From the human T2T-CHM13v2.0 reference genome, Homo sapiens, in NCBI RefSeq assembly GCF_009914755.1, contig NC_060933.1: 64,000 bases of DNA. The stretch is one strand, 5' to 3'. Shown here one piece after another: positions 14,725 through 30,007 of this stretch (within the stretch, counting starts at the first letter, position 1; the number at the start of each line of letters is the position of its first letter). The position numbers and the translations under genes are program-made. A model generated the notes under the pieces. It saw only the letters and a program-made list of their open reading frames with translations. It made no database searches and was not told where the DNA came from.

Positions 14725-15308
14725 ACCCGTGGATCTTATTAAAATGGAAACTCATAGACCACACTTTGACTAGCTAAGATAGGAGCATTTAAATGGATGT
14801 CTTGGTGACAGTGCTAAGATGCTACTGTTCATGTGGGCACTGGCTCACCATATTAACGAAGCTTAGGACCTCCAGTCCTGGCTGGAAAAGAAATACAGAT
14901 ACATAGGATGTGACTGTGCATATGGAATGTCTGTTGTGTTCTGGACATTGTACTAGACACTAGAGATAAAAAGTCAAATATCCCTTGCCTCTATCTGAAA
15001 GGAGCTTCCTACTCAGTGGCTTCTGACTGCAGTGTATATGTTCTTTTCTGTCCTGGGTGGGTGAGCTCTATCTCAATGTTGGTAACTGAACACTGCCCAA
15101 TGGGTTTGATGAGGGAGATCATAGCTAGCTGTGCTCCCACAAAGCTATGGCCATAGCATATCTCGTGATGCCATTTCCCCCTTGTCAGAAGGGTCCCTCC
15201 AGTATCATACATGCTCCCCATGATTATAAATTCTTCCTCTTTGCACTAAATGTTCCTAAATCTTGCAAAGATAAAAACATAAACCACATTCTCATCATAT
15301 TAGTTATA

Positions 15309-16705
<1,397 letters not shown>

Positions 16706-17057
16706 CAAGTTCCTTACTTTTCATGTGTTTAATATTTTCTCCCAGTTTATAGAATATATTGATTGAGAATAAATTTTAGCCACGCATATCTATTAAAAAC
16801 TTCATGATATACTTTGCTATTTTTTAATTTCTTATGCTCTTATAAAATGTGTGTTCTGGACTCATGTTGGCTTCCATTTCTTCCCTCTGGCTTCTGTTAG
16901 TTTAGGCTATGAGCAGAGATGGACAAGGTGGCTACTGTAATGGATCAAGGCTATGAGCATCTTGTGAAGTAGGATGTTAAATCTGTAAATATCAGAATGA
17001 ATCCAAACTTATCAATTCAAAACTGCATTGTAAAACAGCTCAAAAAAGACTAAAAAC

Positions 17058-17350
<293 letters not shown>

Positions 17351-19466
17351 ATGTCTAAACGAAGGTGGCCAGAAAAGTAGCTCAACTTGTTCCTGTCTGG
17401 TTAAATACAAACATAAATGAACTACTTATATGCCCCAGTGGCTTCATAATGCTGAAAGCAAAGTCAATTGTTCTAGCAGGTTCTGGAAAACTTTATCATA
17501 TCATGGGGTTCAATGAAAATATCAAATCATAAATAAAATAATCAAATCTGAAAGTGAATCTCATTTCAAAGACCTCAGAAGCCACTGTGTCAGAAGCTCT
17601 TTTCAGATACAGACAAGGGATTATTTGACTCCTTACCTCTGTTGTCTAGCACAATGTCCAGAACACAACAGATATTCCATATGCACAGTCACATCCTATG
17701 TATGTGTATTTCTTTTCCAGCAAGGACTAGAGGTCCTAAGCTTTATTTATATGGTGAGCCAGTTCCCAAATGAGCAGGAGAATCTTAGCACAGTCACCTA
17801 CACACTCATTTCAATGCTCTGGCCCCTTATCCAAGCTAGTCAAAGTGTGGTCTATGGTTTTGCATTTTAAGGAGATCCCCGGGCGAATCTTGTGGCTGTC
17901 AAAGGAGAAGCACTGCCGAAAAGGTGAACTAATTTATCGAGGTAGGCTGGCTATTTATTTATTTATCTTGTTGACGGGAAGATTCAAATTGACATACACA
18001 ATCACCCCCATAAAGATTTCAGGTAAAAAACAAACAAAGGTTTAGATATCAGATGTGTTTTACAATTACCACACCACTCTTTACTACAGCATCCAGTAGC
18101 ACATTTCCAATAGACTTAGGTGAAAATTTCTATCTCATGAGCCTTCTGTCAGTACTTTTAAAATTGGATACTCAATAAATAGTGGCCAAATTGAATCTCT
18201 TACAGGCATCTCACTCAAACTGCAGTCATACTTTCCAATAGGCCCCATAAAAATCCTTGTTCTGGAGCAATCTAATATATTTATCCACCTCTTTAGACAC
18301 TTAGGTAAGTATAATAATACAAGTTTTTGTGTGTGTGTGTGTATTGTGTACCTTGTGGCCTCTTGCCCAGTTTCTGCAACACCTGAAGCTGAGGAAGTTT
18401 AATGTAAATAACATCCAGCAATGTTAGAAATGTTGACTTTTATGTGTCCATCAGGAAAAAAGGATGAATGTTATTGTAGAGGAAATTTTCATTCTGGAAA
18501 AAATGCATACTGTTTGAATATTACTTTCATGCTTTCCACAGATATTATACACAGATATTATATTCCAAGGGTTATGTTTCAAAGTCATCAAAAATAGAAA
18601 ATACCTTTTATATTTCTAGCTGAAAATAGTAACAGTGATTAGCCTACCTTTGGGGAAATGTGATAAAAATACTAATGACCATCACAACTGATTAAAAGCA
18701 TAAAATGTGCAATGATTTAAACTACATGTTCTTTATATGAATTATATGCGTAGAAATATAGACACATTTGATAAATTCTATTTAAAGTCTGAGTGCTTTG
18801 GTAAATGATTCAGTCATCTGTAGATTGAAGGGATTACTTTTATCTGCCTTCATAGTGAGAATTAGATTTCTATTCTTTATAAAGCAGGGAATATAGATTG
18901 TGCATGGAGTAAAAGCATTCAATCCTTATTAATAATGATGGAAGCAGCGCTGCAGAGGAGAAAGCCTGTCAGAGTAACGTATTCAGTTTTACATCATAAT
19001 CAGAGTGTGTCGATCTCTGCTGAAGGCAGAATTAAAAAGCCCTTCAACATTTTTTAAATAATAGATGAAAAACATCTCAAAGTCACTTTTAAAATTTGAA
19101 TTGACGATTCCACATAACAGGAAAAGGACCAAGAACATCTTAAAGAAATACTTCACGATGGAAGTGATGTTTTAAGTGCAATTTCATCAAGGAGAAGTTT
19201 TTCCAGAAAGTCTTTTGACCTCAGGAAGAATCTCATTAGCTTACTCTGGTAAATAGTTTCTAGTAAAATGAGAAAGAGTTGACTTTTTAAAAACAATAAA
19301 AAATTTACACGGTTTAATCTCATGTTGTGATTTCGAAAGTGCTGCTTGGGCCCTCATAGTTATGCATGTGTATTTATACGCATTTTCTTGGCTCACTCAA
19401 ACGCCAATAAAATAGTTTACTATCCAGGCTCCTTAAAAGTCAAATTAATTTCTAAAAGTGAGGATT

Positions 19467-21440
19467 GTATGTATTCTGTGAGGTGTGTGCAGGTGTATGC
19501 ATGATATGTGTGTGTGGTCTGTGTGTGTAGTAGGTACATGGGGTATGTATATGTGTGTGTGGAGTGTATTGTGGGTGTTATGTGTGTATACTGTGTGTAG
19601 TATGTGGGTGGTGCATGGTGTGTATAAGTGCTGTGTTTGTGGTGTATGTGTGTGTGGTGTGTATGTGTACTATGTGTGGTGTGTGCATGTGATATGTGTG
19701 TGGTGTATGTGATGTGTGTGTATGGTGCTGTGTGTGTGCGGTGTGTGTAGTGTTTGATGTGTGCTTGATGTGTTTGTAGAATGTGTGTGTGGTGTGGTGT
19801 ATGTATGTGAGGTATGTGTTTGCTCTATGTGTGTGGCACTGTATGTACGTGTGCAGTGTGTGGGGAGTATGTGTGTGGTGTGTGGTGTGTGGGGAGTATG
19901 TATGGGGTGTGTGATGTGTGTGGTGCTGTATGTGTGTGGTGTATGTGTAGTAGATTCATGTGTGTGGTGTGGGGGTGTGTGCACGTGTGCACATACTGTG
20001 TGGTGTGTGTGATGTCTGTGGGGGGTGTGTTTGCACATGGTGTGTACACAGTGTGTGTGTTGTCAGAGGTGTGCATGTGTGCACATGGTGTGTGTACAGT
20101 GTGTGGGGTGTGTGCATGTATTCATGGTGTGGGTGCAGTGTGGTGTCTGTGTGTGGTGTCTGGGGTGTGTGTGCATGTGCACATGGTGTGTGTGCATGGT
20201 GTGTGCATGTATACATGGTGTGTGTGCAGTCTGTGGTGTCTGTGGTGTCTAGGGTGTGTGTGCCTGTGCACATGGTGTGGTGTGTGCAGTGTGTGGTGTC
20301 TGTGCAGGGTGTGTGTGCATGTGTACATGGTGTGTGTGCAGTGTGTGTGTATACATGGTGTGCTGTGTGCAGTGTGTGTGGTGTCTGTGGGTGGTGTCTG
20401 TGTGGGGTGTGTGCATGTGTACATGGTGTGTGTGCAGTGTGTGGTGTGTGTGTACGTGTGCACATGGTGTGTGTGCAGTGTGTGTGGGGTGTGTGCAGTG
20501 CGTGTGGTGTCTTGGTTGTGTGTGCAGTGTGGTGTCTGAGGGGTGTGTGTGTGCACGTGCATGGTGTGTGGTGTGTGTGCATGTGTACATGGTGTGTGTG
20601 CCGTGTGCGTGGCTTCTGCATGTGGGGTGTGCAGTGTGGTGTGTATGTGGGTGTGTGCGTGTGCACACGGCGTGTGTGTAGTGTGGTGTCTGCTGTGTGC
20701 AGTGTGTGGTGTCTGGGTTGTGCATGTGCACATGGCGTGTGTGGTGTGTGTGTGGTGTATGGGGTGTGTGTGTGCACATGGTGTGTGTGTGCAGTGTGTG
20801 TGGTGTCTGGGGTGCATGTGTGCACATGGAGTGGTGTGTGTAGTGTGTGTGATGTCTGGGGTGTGCATGTGCACATGGTGTGTGTGCAGTGTGTGTGGTG
20901 TCTGTGTGGGGTGTGTGCATGTGCACATGGTGTGTGTACTGTGTGTGTGTGGTGTATGGAGTGTGTGTGTGCACATGGTGTGTGTGCAGTGTGTGTGGTG
21001 TCTGTGTGGGGTGTGTGCATGTGCACATGGTGTGTGTACTGTGTGTGGTGTATGTGTGTGGGGTGTGTGTGTGCACATGGTGTGTGTGCAGTGTGTTTGT
21101 GTGCAGTGTATGCATGTGCATATGGTGTGTGTGCAGTGTGTGTGGTGTCTGTGGTGTGTGTGTGCACATGGTGTGTATGCAGTGTGTGGTGTGTGTGTGG
21201 GGTGTGTGCACATAGTGTGTGTGGTGTCTATGTGTGGTGTGTGTGCAGTGTGTGTGGTGTCTGTATGGGGTGTATACATGTGCACATGGTGTGTGTGCAG
21301 TAGGTGTGTTTGTGGGGTGTGGGCAGTGGGTGTGAGGGGTGTGTGTGCCTGTGCACATGGTGTGTGTGCTGTTTGTGTGGTGTCTGTGTGTGGGGTGTGT
21401 GTGCATGTGCACATGGTGTGGTGTGTGCAGTGTGTGTGTT
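19467..21440. repeat. ~2-kb TG-rich low-complexity/compound minisatellite
   Basis: Almost purely G/T on the + strand, with recurrent module gtgcatgtgcacatggtgtgtgtgcagtgtgtgtggtgtct. Confidence 0.95.
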
Positions 21441-22739
21441 ATGAGTGACTGCTTCTCTTAGCATGTGGACATCGGTCTTCCAGACCAGCTTTCTCCATGT
21501 GTCTGGGAACATAAGAAACAAGTTTCTGCAATAATTGTTACACAGCTTTTCCAGAGAGGGACCAAATCTCTGTCGTGAGTGGGTATCTGCATCATTTCGC
21601 AGGAGGGAATGAGATGTCCTGGCTTGGCTCACACCCTCTGTGGGTTTAGGCACAGGTTCCTGCTGGATCCCTCACTGTGGCCAGAGAGGGAGGGCTCTGC
21701 TTCACCACAGGGCACCAGAAGAGGACTGGTGCGCGGGAAGACCAGGTAATCATAATGCTATTAATAATAGCAGTAATCATACTGTTTTATACATTGTATA
21801 TGTCATAAGGATTTTAACTTTCATGTAACATAATTGCTGTAAAAGTTTCCCCAGTTTGTTTTGTGCTATTTACCTGGTGTTAAAATGTGTAAGAATTTAC
21901 ATTTTAGGTATGTTAGGTTTATTCCTTTTTATATGGTTTCTGTTTGAAATTTTGATTTTAGAAGACATTCATTCTCAAGGTCATAAAACACACACATCTA
22001 ATTTTCTTTTTACTCTCTCTTTTTTTTTTTACATTTAATACTGGAATTAACTTTTATGTAAGGTGTAGGACCATGATTCAATTCTGTCATTTTATATTCT
22101 CAAATCATTACCCAATATTTTAATACCACAAATGGAACAATCGCTCTGTTTTGTGGGTTTAAAATGTTACCCTGTTACTAGATAAAATTACACTCAATTT
22201 CTGTGTTTTTAATTCTCTTTCATTAATGTGTTTATTTTTGTGCCATTTCAAATTTGTTTAATTTTGGATAGTGATAATAATCTTAAATATCTTATAGTAA
22301 ATTTTATAATAATGGCTCTCATTGTATGTGTGTGTTCAATATATGGATTTAAAATCACATGTTCTTGTTCGAAAATATTTTTCTTGGAATTTTTATTGGA
22401 ATTTGAGCATATTTTTAAATGATTTACAGCAAACTAAAGAGTTAATATTATTGAGTCCTGTCATCCAGAATGTGACATGCAAATTCCTCAGACCTCTTTT
22501 AATGCCATTTAGTCAGAATTAATATGTTAAATCAATATAAATTAGTATAAATGAGTATAACTAATGATTAAAATAAATTAATGTGTTTGGCTCCACATTT
22601 CTGTCTTCTGCCTTCTATCACTGATGTTTTATTCCTATCCTTGTTGTTTTCTATAGTTTCCTTTATTATGTCTTTTTCTGTCTTGTGATTTGAAAACTAT
22701 ATGACACATTGTAATGTTTTAATTTTTCTAATTTTTTGC

Positions 22740-23200
22740 TTTTAATTTTAACTAATTTTATTTTTTAGAGAAGTGCAGGTTCACAGCTAAACGGAGCAGA
22801 GAGTACAGACTTCTCATATGTCCCTTTCCCCACACACTCAAAGCTTACAGTGCACATTCACATTTACTCTTCACGTTGTACGTTCTGAGTCTTGACAAAA
22901 GTATAATGGCAACGGGATATTATTCACTGCTAACAGGAGATGAACTATCAAGCCACAAAAAAATACATGGAGGAAACTTAAATGCATATTGCTAAAAGAA
23001 GAAGCCAATCCGAAAAGTCTATGTACTGTTCGATTCCAATTATATGACGTTCTGGAAACGGTGAAACTATGGGATCAGTAGAAAGATCAGTGGTTGCCAT
23101 GGACCAAGGGGAAGGAAGAGATGGATACACAGAGCACAGAGAATCTTCACGGCAGTAAAACCATTCTGTATGATACTATAATGGTAGATATATACATTTG
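22740..23200. mobile_element. Old L1M 3'-end fragments in opposite orientations
   Basis: gcaggttcacagctaaacggagcagagagtacaga (antisense); atggaggaaacttaaatgcatattgct...attctgtatgatactataatggtagata (sense). Confidence 0.7.
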
Positions 23201-23231
23201 TAAAAATCTATCTTAACTTTTAATCTTTTAA

Positions 23232-23524
<293 letters not shown>

Positions 23525-23549
23525 GTGTTTGTTTTAAGAACTGCAGACG

Positions 23550-23850
23550 AGCTGGGTGCAGTTGCTCAAGCCTGTAATGGCTGCATTTTGGGAGGCTGAA
23601 GTGGCTGGATTGCCTGAGCCCCAGAGTTCAAGACCAGGTGGGCAACATAGTGAGATCCCGTCTCTACAAAAAAAGTATTAAAAAAACATAGCCAGGCATA
23701 GTGCTGCATGCCTGTAGTCCCAGCTACTCAGGAGGCTGTGGTAGAAAAATCACTTGACCCAGCAGTTTGAGGCTGCAGTGAGCTATGATCATGCCACTGC
23801 ACTCTGGCCTAGGCGACAGAGCGAAACCCCATCTCAAAACAAAGAACAAC
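23550..23850 (+). mobile_element. AluJ-like
   Basis: gctgggtgcagttgctcaagcctgtaat...gaggctgcagtgagctatgatcatgccactgcac. Confidence 0.88.
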
Positions 23851-23861
23851 CAAAAACCTAG

Positions 23862-25842
<1,981 letters not shown>

Positions 25843-26686
25843 ACCCCTGGTGGGTGTCACCCTCCTCCCTCCTCTATCGAGTTCACCTACACCGGGGCGT
25901 GGGGAAAGGCGCTTCCTGCACCCCACATGCCCTGCGCTCCTGGGGCTCTCCCACAGGGGGCTTTCGTGAGCCAGGCAGCAAGGGCCATCCCCCTGCTCCA
26001 GCCCAGCCAGGCTGCGCAGGCAGAAGGACTCTCCCAACCTGCCCGGGCATGCGGGGCTTTGTGTTCACTGCCCTGGCCCCTCCGAAACTGGGGATCTCCC
26101 ATCCTCAGACTCCCTGGTGGCCTCCGAACCCCAACAAATGACAGGAAGACCAGAACCCGCAGCGCGATGGCCTGCTGGGCGCGTGCTCAGTGGGACACCT
26201 TGGGGCCCCTCAAGCTGAGTCACAGGGGAAAGGTGTGCTTGCGCCACCCACGTCCCACCGGAGTCCGTGGTGGGCCTGGAGCCGCAGGTTGCCAGGGCGG
26301 CATGGGAACCCGAAGACGGGGCACCTTCACCTCCGGAGCTCGTGACCCCGGAGGCCTCCGCGTCAAGCACAGATGCCAGCCAACCGGGCACCTCCCAACC
26401 GCTCCAGGAGCCGGGGCTCTCCTCTGCACTCACCTCCAGCCTGTTAGATGAGCTCCTGTCAACCCCAGAGTTTCAGCAAAAGGCACAACCTTTCCTAGAT
26501 CCGGCGCCACTGGGGGAGCTGAAGGACGTGGAAGAGCCCGCTTTGCTGGAACCACTCCTCAGCCAGGAAGAACACAGGGCTCTGCTGGAGGAGCAGGTTG
26601 GGGCGGGTTTGGGGCAGGGTGGCGGCCTCTCTTTCGCGGTGAACCTCAGGCTTGGTGTGGAGAGGCGTGTCTTCCCTTCCAGCTGA
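25843..26686 (+). pseudogene. DUX4-like (DUX4L) pseudogene: post-homeobox half only
   Basis: GGCHPPPS...[30 protein letters not shown]; frameshift near 26053; TGA at 26139-26141; second frameshift near 26280; C-terminal [11 protein letters not shown]...LSQEEHRALLEE at 26441-26593; no homeoboxes upstream. Confidence 0.93.
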
Positions 26687-27450
26687 CCTGCCTAGGATCC
26701 CTGAGTTCCAGGTCCAGCGAGAGACTCCACACAGAGGAGGGCTGTCAACAATGACAAGAAAGCATTCCTGAGCATCCCGGGGATCCCAGGGCTGGTCCAG
26801 GTACAGGGAGGTAGGCTGTCTACTGCGCATGCGCGGGTTTCCAGGCAGCAGCCTAGTTTTCTAACTATCCCAGGCGGAGCTCTCATCCCTTTTCCCCCTG
26901 CGTTCTTCAATCGGGTTGGCGGAGACCTCAGTCCGCGAAACACTGGGCCGGGGCAGAAGCCAGGCCAGTTCTCCTTTCTGCGGCTCGACTCCTCCGCCTC
27001 TTCGCTCACCATCAGTTGCCAACCCGTGTCCCGCCAGCCTCCTCGCCAGCACCATAGAGCGCCTTGCAACTAAATAAAGACCCCAGACCTCGCGCAAACC
27101 AGGGTGCTGCCCTTTCCAGGCAAGAGGGAAGGCAGGCAGAGATGAGGACAGGAACGGAGACAGAGTGAGATGGAAGGATGGAGCTAGGCAAGGATGGGTG
27201 GAAGGAGGGACCCCGGAAGGGAGAGAAAGAGGGAGGGAGGGAGAAAGGGAGGAAAAAGCCAGGGGAGGGAGGGAAGAACAGATGGAAGGATGGACCAAGG
27301 GACAAAAGGAGCAAGAAGCAGAGAACGGAAGGCAGAGACAAAAACGGTCTTATGCCTCCAGAACCAACAGGACCCAGAACTCCGGGAAAATGTTGGGTGC
27401 CCAGTACAGGCTGAGTGCTGGGCCCACAGCCCCGTTGGCCGGCGGGGCGC
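26594..27450 (+). repeat. D4Z4/LSau-related sequence (DUX4 exon-2-like segment 26712-26800, then start of the next unit)
   Basis: ttccag|gtccagcgagagactccacac...gcatcccggggatcccag...ccag|gtac; ctactgcgcatgcgcgggttt; ccgcgaaacactgggcc; GGA-rich tract; gctgggcccacagcc. Confidence 0.85.
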
Positions 27451-28039
27451 TCAGCGGCCCTCTGGATCACCAGCCTGGGTTACTTCGTCCCGGAGCAATT
27501 CAGACCAATTCCGTTTCCGAAGGAATGAGCGAATTCCCCAGAGAGCAATGAGCCGAGACCCAGGTAGTTGTCTGTTTTTCATCCACATGGTTCACAGATG
27601 ACATATCCCCACGTTGAGCCCTGCAACAGAGCTCGAGGCGGATAGTCCCATCCACACAGGAGTCACACTCAGGCCAACTGAAGCGTGATTCTGGATTCCA
27701 CGTTTCTTTGCCCTCTGTAAAGGTGCCTGTTGCTCAAGTTTCTGCCCCCCGAAAGCGTGACCATGTTGACTGTTTCGCGAGCTCTGTGGGGCCCCAGAAA
27801 CTTCCAGGAATGCGTGGAAGACCAGCATCGTGTCGGTGCTCTCCTTTCCAGTTTTCAAACAGGCTATATTGGAGACTCCCCATTTTGCAGGAAACAGGAA
27901 TCCATCATCAGGCCGTGATGCACGGGATGTTTCTTTTCTCTGTGGTTTCGCTCTCGTTGTCTACGTGAAAACGAACGAGATGAACACAACTGCGTGTGTG
28001 AGACTATCACGGCAACTGTGACACCCAGGCGTTGGCAAT

Positions 28040-29546
28040 AGAGTTGGCAGCCTGATCCTGGGACAAAGGTACTGATGGACATCCAGACACACCCCACCAC
28101 AATCACTAGCAAACCCACTCCCAAACACACAGACACACACGGGCGCACGCGCGGGAACACAAGCACACACACAGACACACAAAGACACAGACAGCTTGAA
28201 GGAGAGCAAGGGACAGAGGGATGAGAAATAGAAACGGAAGGAGAGAAACAGCGATGGAGAGAGAGACAGAGAGGAACTGGGGAGATTGAGAGAGAGAGAG
28301 AGAGAGAGAGAGCAAGGTGGAGAGGGAAGTAGAGAAAGGGAAAGGGTGAGGGAGCTAGAGAGGGAGAGCAACAGAGCCTTGGAGAGGGAGGCTCTATCTG
28401 GTAGACAGGGGCCCCTTTGGCCAGGGTAGGGTGGAGGGTGCCTGGGCTGGGCTGGAACATGGGGGCAGGGCCGCCCACGCGGGAAAACCAACGGAGCCCT
28501 GAGACGTGTTTTTACTTGGATTTGTTGGTTGCTTTGGGGGTGCTTTTCGTAGCGTCATTCCTTTGTTGGCTCCTCCCTGTCCTCTTGGTGCTGTGGGCCC
28601 TGAAAGTTGTAGAGTGCGCCCCTCACTGTGGCAGGAGCAGTGGCGCTGAGCGTGCCCACGGGCCGCGGCTTGGGTCTCTCTCATTTTCCAGGTGGTATGG
28701 CCGTGGACAATGGCAGTGGCGCCTGGCTGGCCCAAGAGCCCAGTCCAGCTACGCCTGCCTGATTCCAGGCGTCACCACCAACCCGGGGGCCGCGAGGCTG
28801 GGATCAGGCACCCCGGAGCCGCTTGCCTGTGGCCGGGCTGCTCTCCCCCTCTACGCCCAAGCACCACCATCGCCGCGCTGCGCTTTCCGCCGACCTCCCA
28901 GAGCGTCCCGATGTCGCCGGCGGCCAGACCATGCGCGAGACAGCCCAGGCGCCAGAGGTCTCCATCCCCTGCCAGGGCTCTGGACTCTCCAGGCGGCCAC
29001 CCTCTCGCTGGGACTCCAGGCCTTCCCCAGGCTCTTGAGCTCCCGAGCTTCCAACACCTGGGGCCCGCTTAGGACGGGGTGTGCTCCGAGGCGTCAGGGC
29101 CCAGGGCCCACGGTCCTGGGGTCCCCTCCGGTCCTCCGCCTTGCCGCGGAAAAATTATTTTGGATTCCTCACCGCCCCTCCTGCAAGGCCCCCTCTTGCC
29201 CCACACACCCAGAGCCCCCAGGGCTGCCCAGGGGCGAACAGCCGGCCCAGCCCCACAGGCCCTTTTTCTCACAATGCTCACACCATCGTCGCTTGTTCTG
29301 AGGAGGACCCGCCATGGCCAAAGGGGCAAGAAGGCTCTGCTTTGCCCCGCCCTGGCACTAGAGCCCCGGCAGCCTCATCCCGGGAAAGAGGGGCTGACGG
29401 ACACCCAGACACACCCCACCACTACCACGAGCAAACCCACCCTGACACACACACGGATACACACGGGTGCATGCGCGCAGACACACACACACACCACACC
29501 CGGGCACACACACACGGACACACAAAGACACAGACACAGATAGCTC
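28040..29546 (-). repeat. Degenerate 5S rDNA repeat unit A (spacer with CA/GA tracts) and start of the next unit
   Basis: Minus strand of 29165-29030 (GGCGGAGGACCGGAGGG...GTGGGCCCTGGGCCCTGACGCCTCGGAGCAC...GGAAGCTCGGGAGC) matches the recalled human 5S rDNA upstream spacer; 28065-28200 is repeated at ~29390-29550, and 28200-28680 is repeated at 30008-30520. Confidence 0.85.
28690..28708 (-). pseudogene. 5S rRNA 5' stub (~19 nt)
   Basis: Minus strand GTCCACGGCCATACCACCT versus 5S GTCTACGGCCATACCACCC; D-box-like GGCTCTTGGGCC at -32..-21 (28729-28740). Confidence 0.8.
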
Positions 29547-30007
29547 AAAGGGAGACCTCCCCTCATATTGTCTTATGCCCAATTTCTGCCTCCAAAGAAA
29601 GAAGAAGTAAAATCTAAAAGGCAGAAATGAAATCCACAGGCAGACAGCCCCGCGCCACACCCTGGGCCTGGTAGTTAAAGATCGACCCCTGACCTACTCG
29701 GTTATGTTATCTATAGATTACAGACATTACGTATAGAAAAGCACTGTGAAAATCCCTGTCCTGTTTTGTTCTGATCTAATTACCTGTGCATGCAGCCCCC
29801 AGTCACGTACCCTCTGCTTCCTTAATCCATCAAGACCCTCTCACGCGGACCCCCTTAGAGTTGTAAGCCCTTAAGAGGGACAGGAATTGCTCACTCAGAG
29901 AGCTTGGTTTTTGGAGACGTGAGTCTGCGGATGCTCCCAGCTGAATAAAGCCCTTCCTTCTACAACTCGGTGTCTGAGGGGTTCTGTCTGCAGCTCCTCC
30001 TGCTGCA
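29547..30007 (+). mobile_element. Solo LTR, LTR2 family (HERV-E/ERV1)
   Basis: ggagacctcccctcatattgtcttatgcccaatttctgcctccaaagaaagaag...; AATAAA at 29944-29949; ends ...cctgctgca. Confidence 0.85.

Noticed and set aside
19485-21653. Long ORFs up to 447 aa (Cys/Val-rich or His/Thr-rich)
   Set aside because: Open in most frames because TG repeats lack stop codons; artefacts
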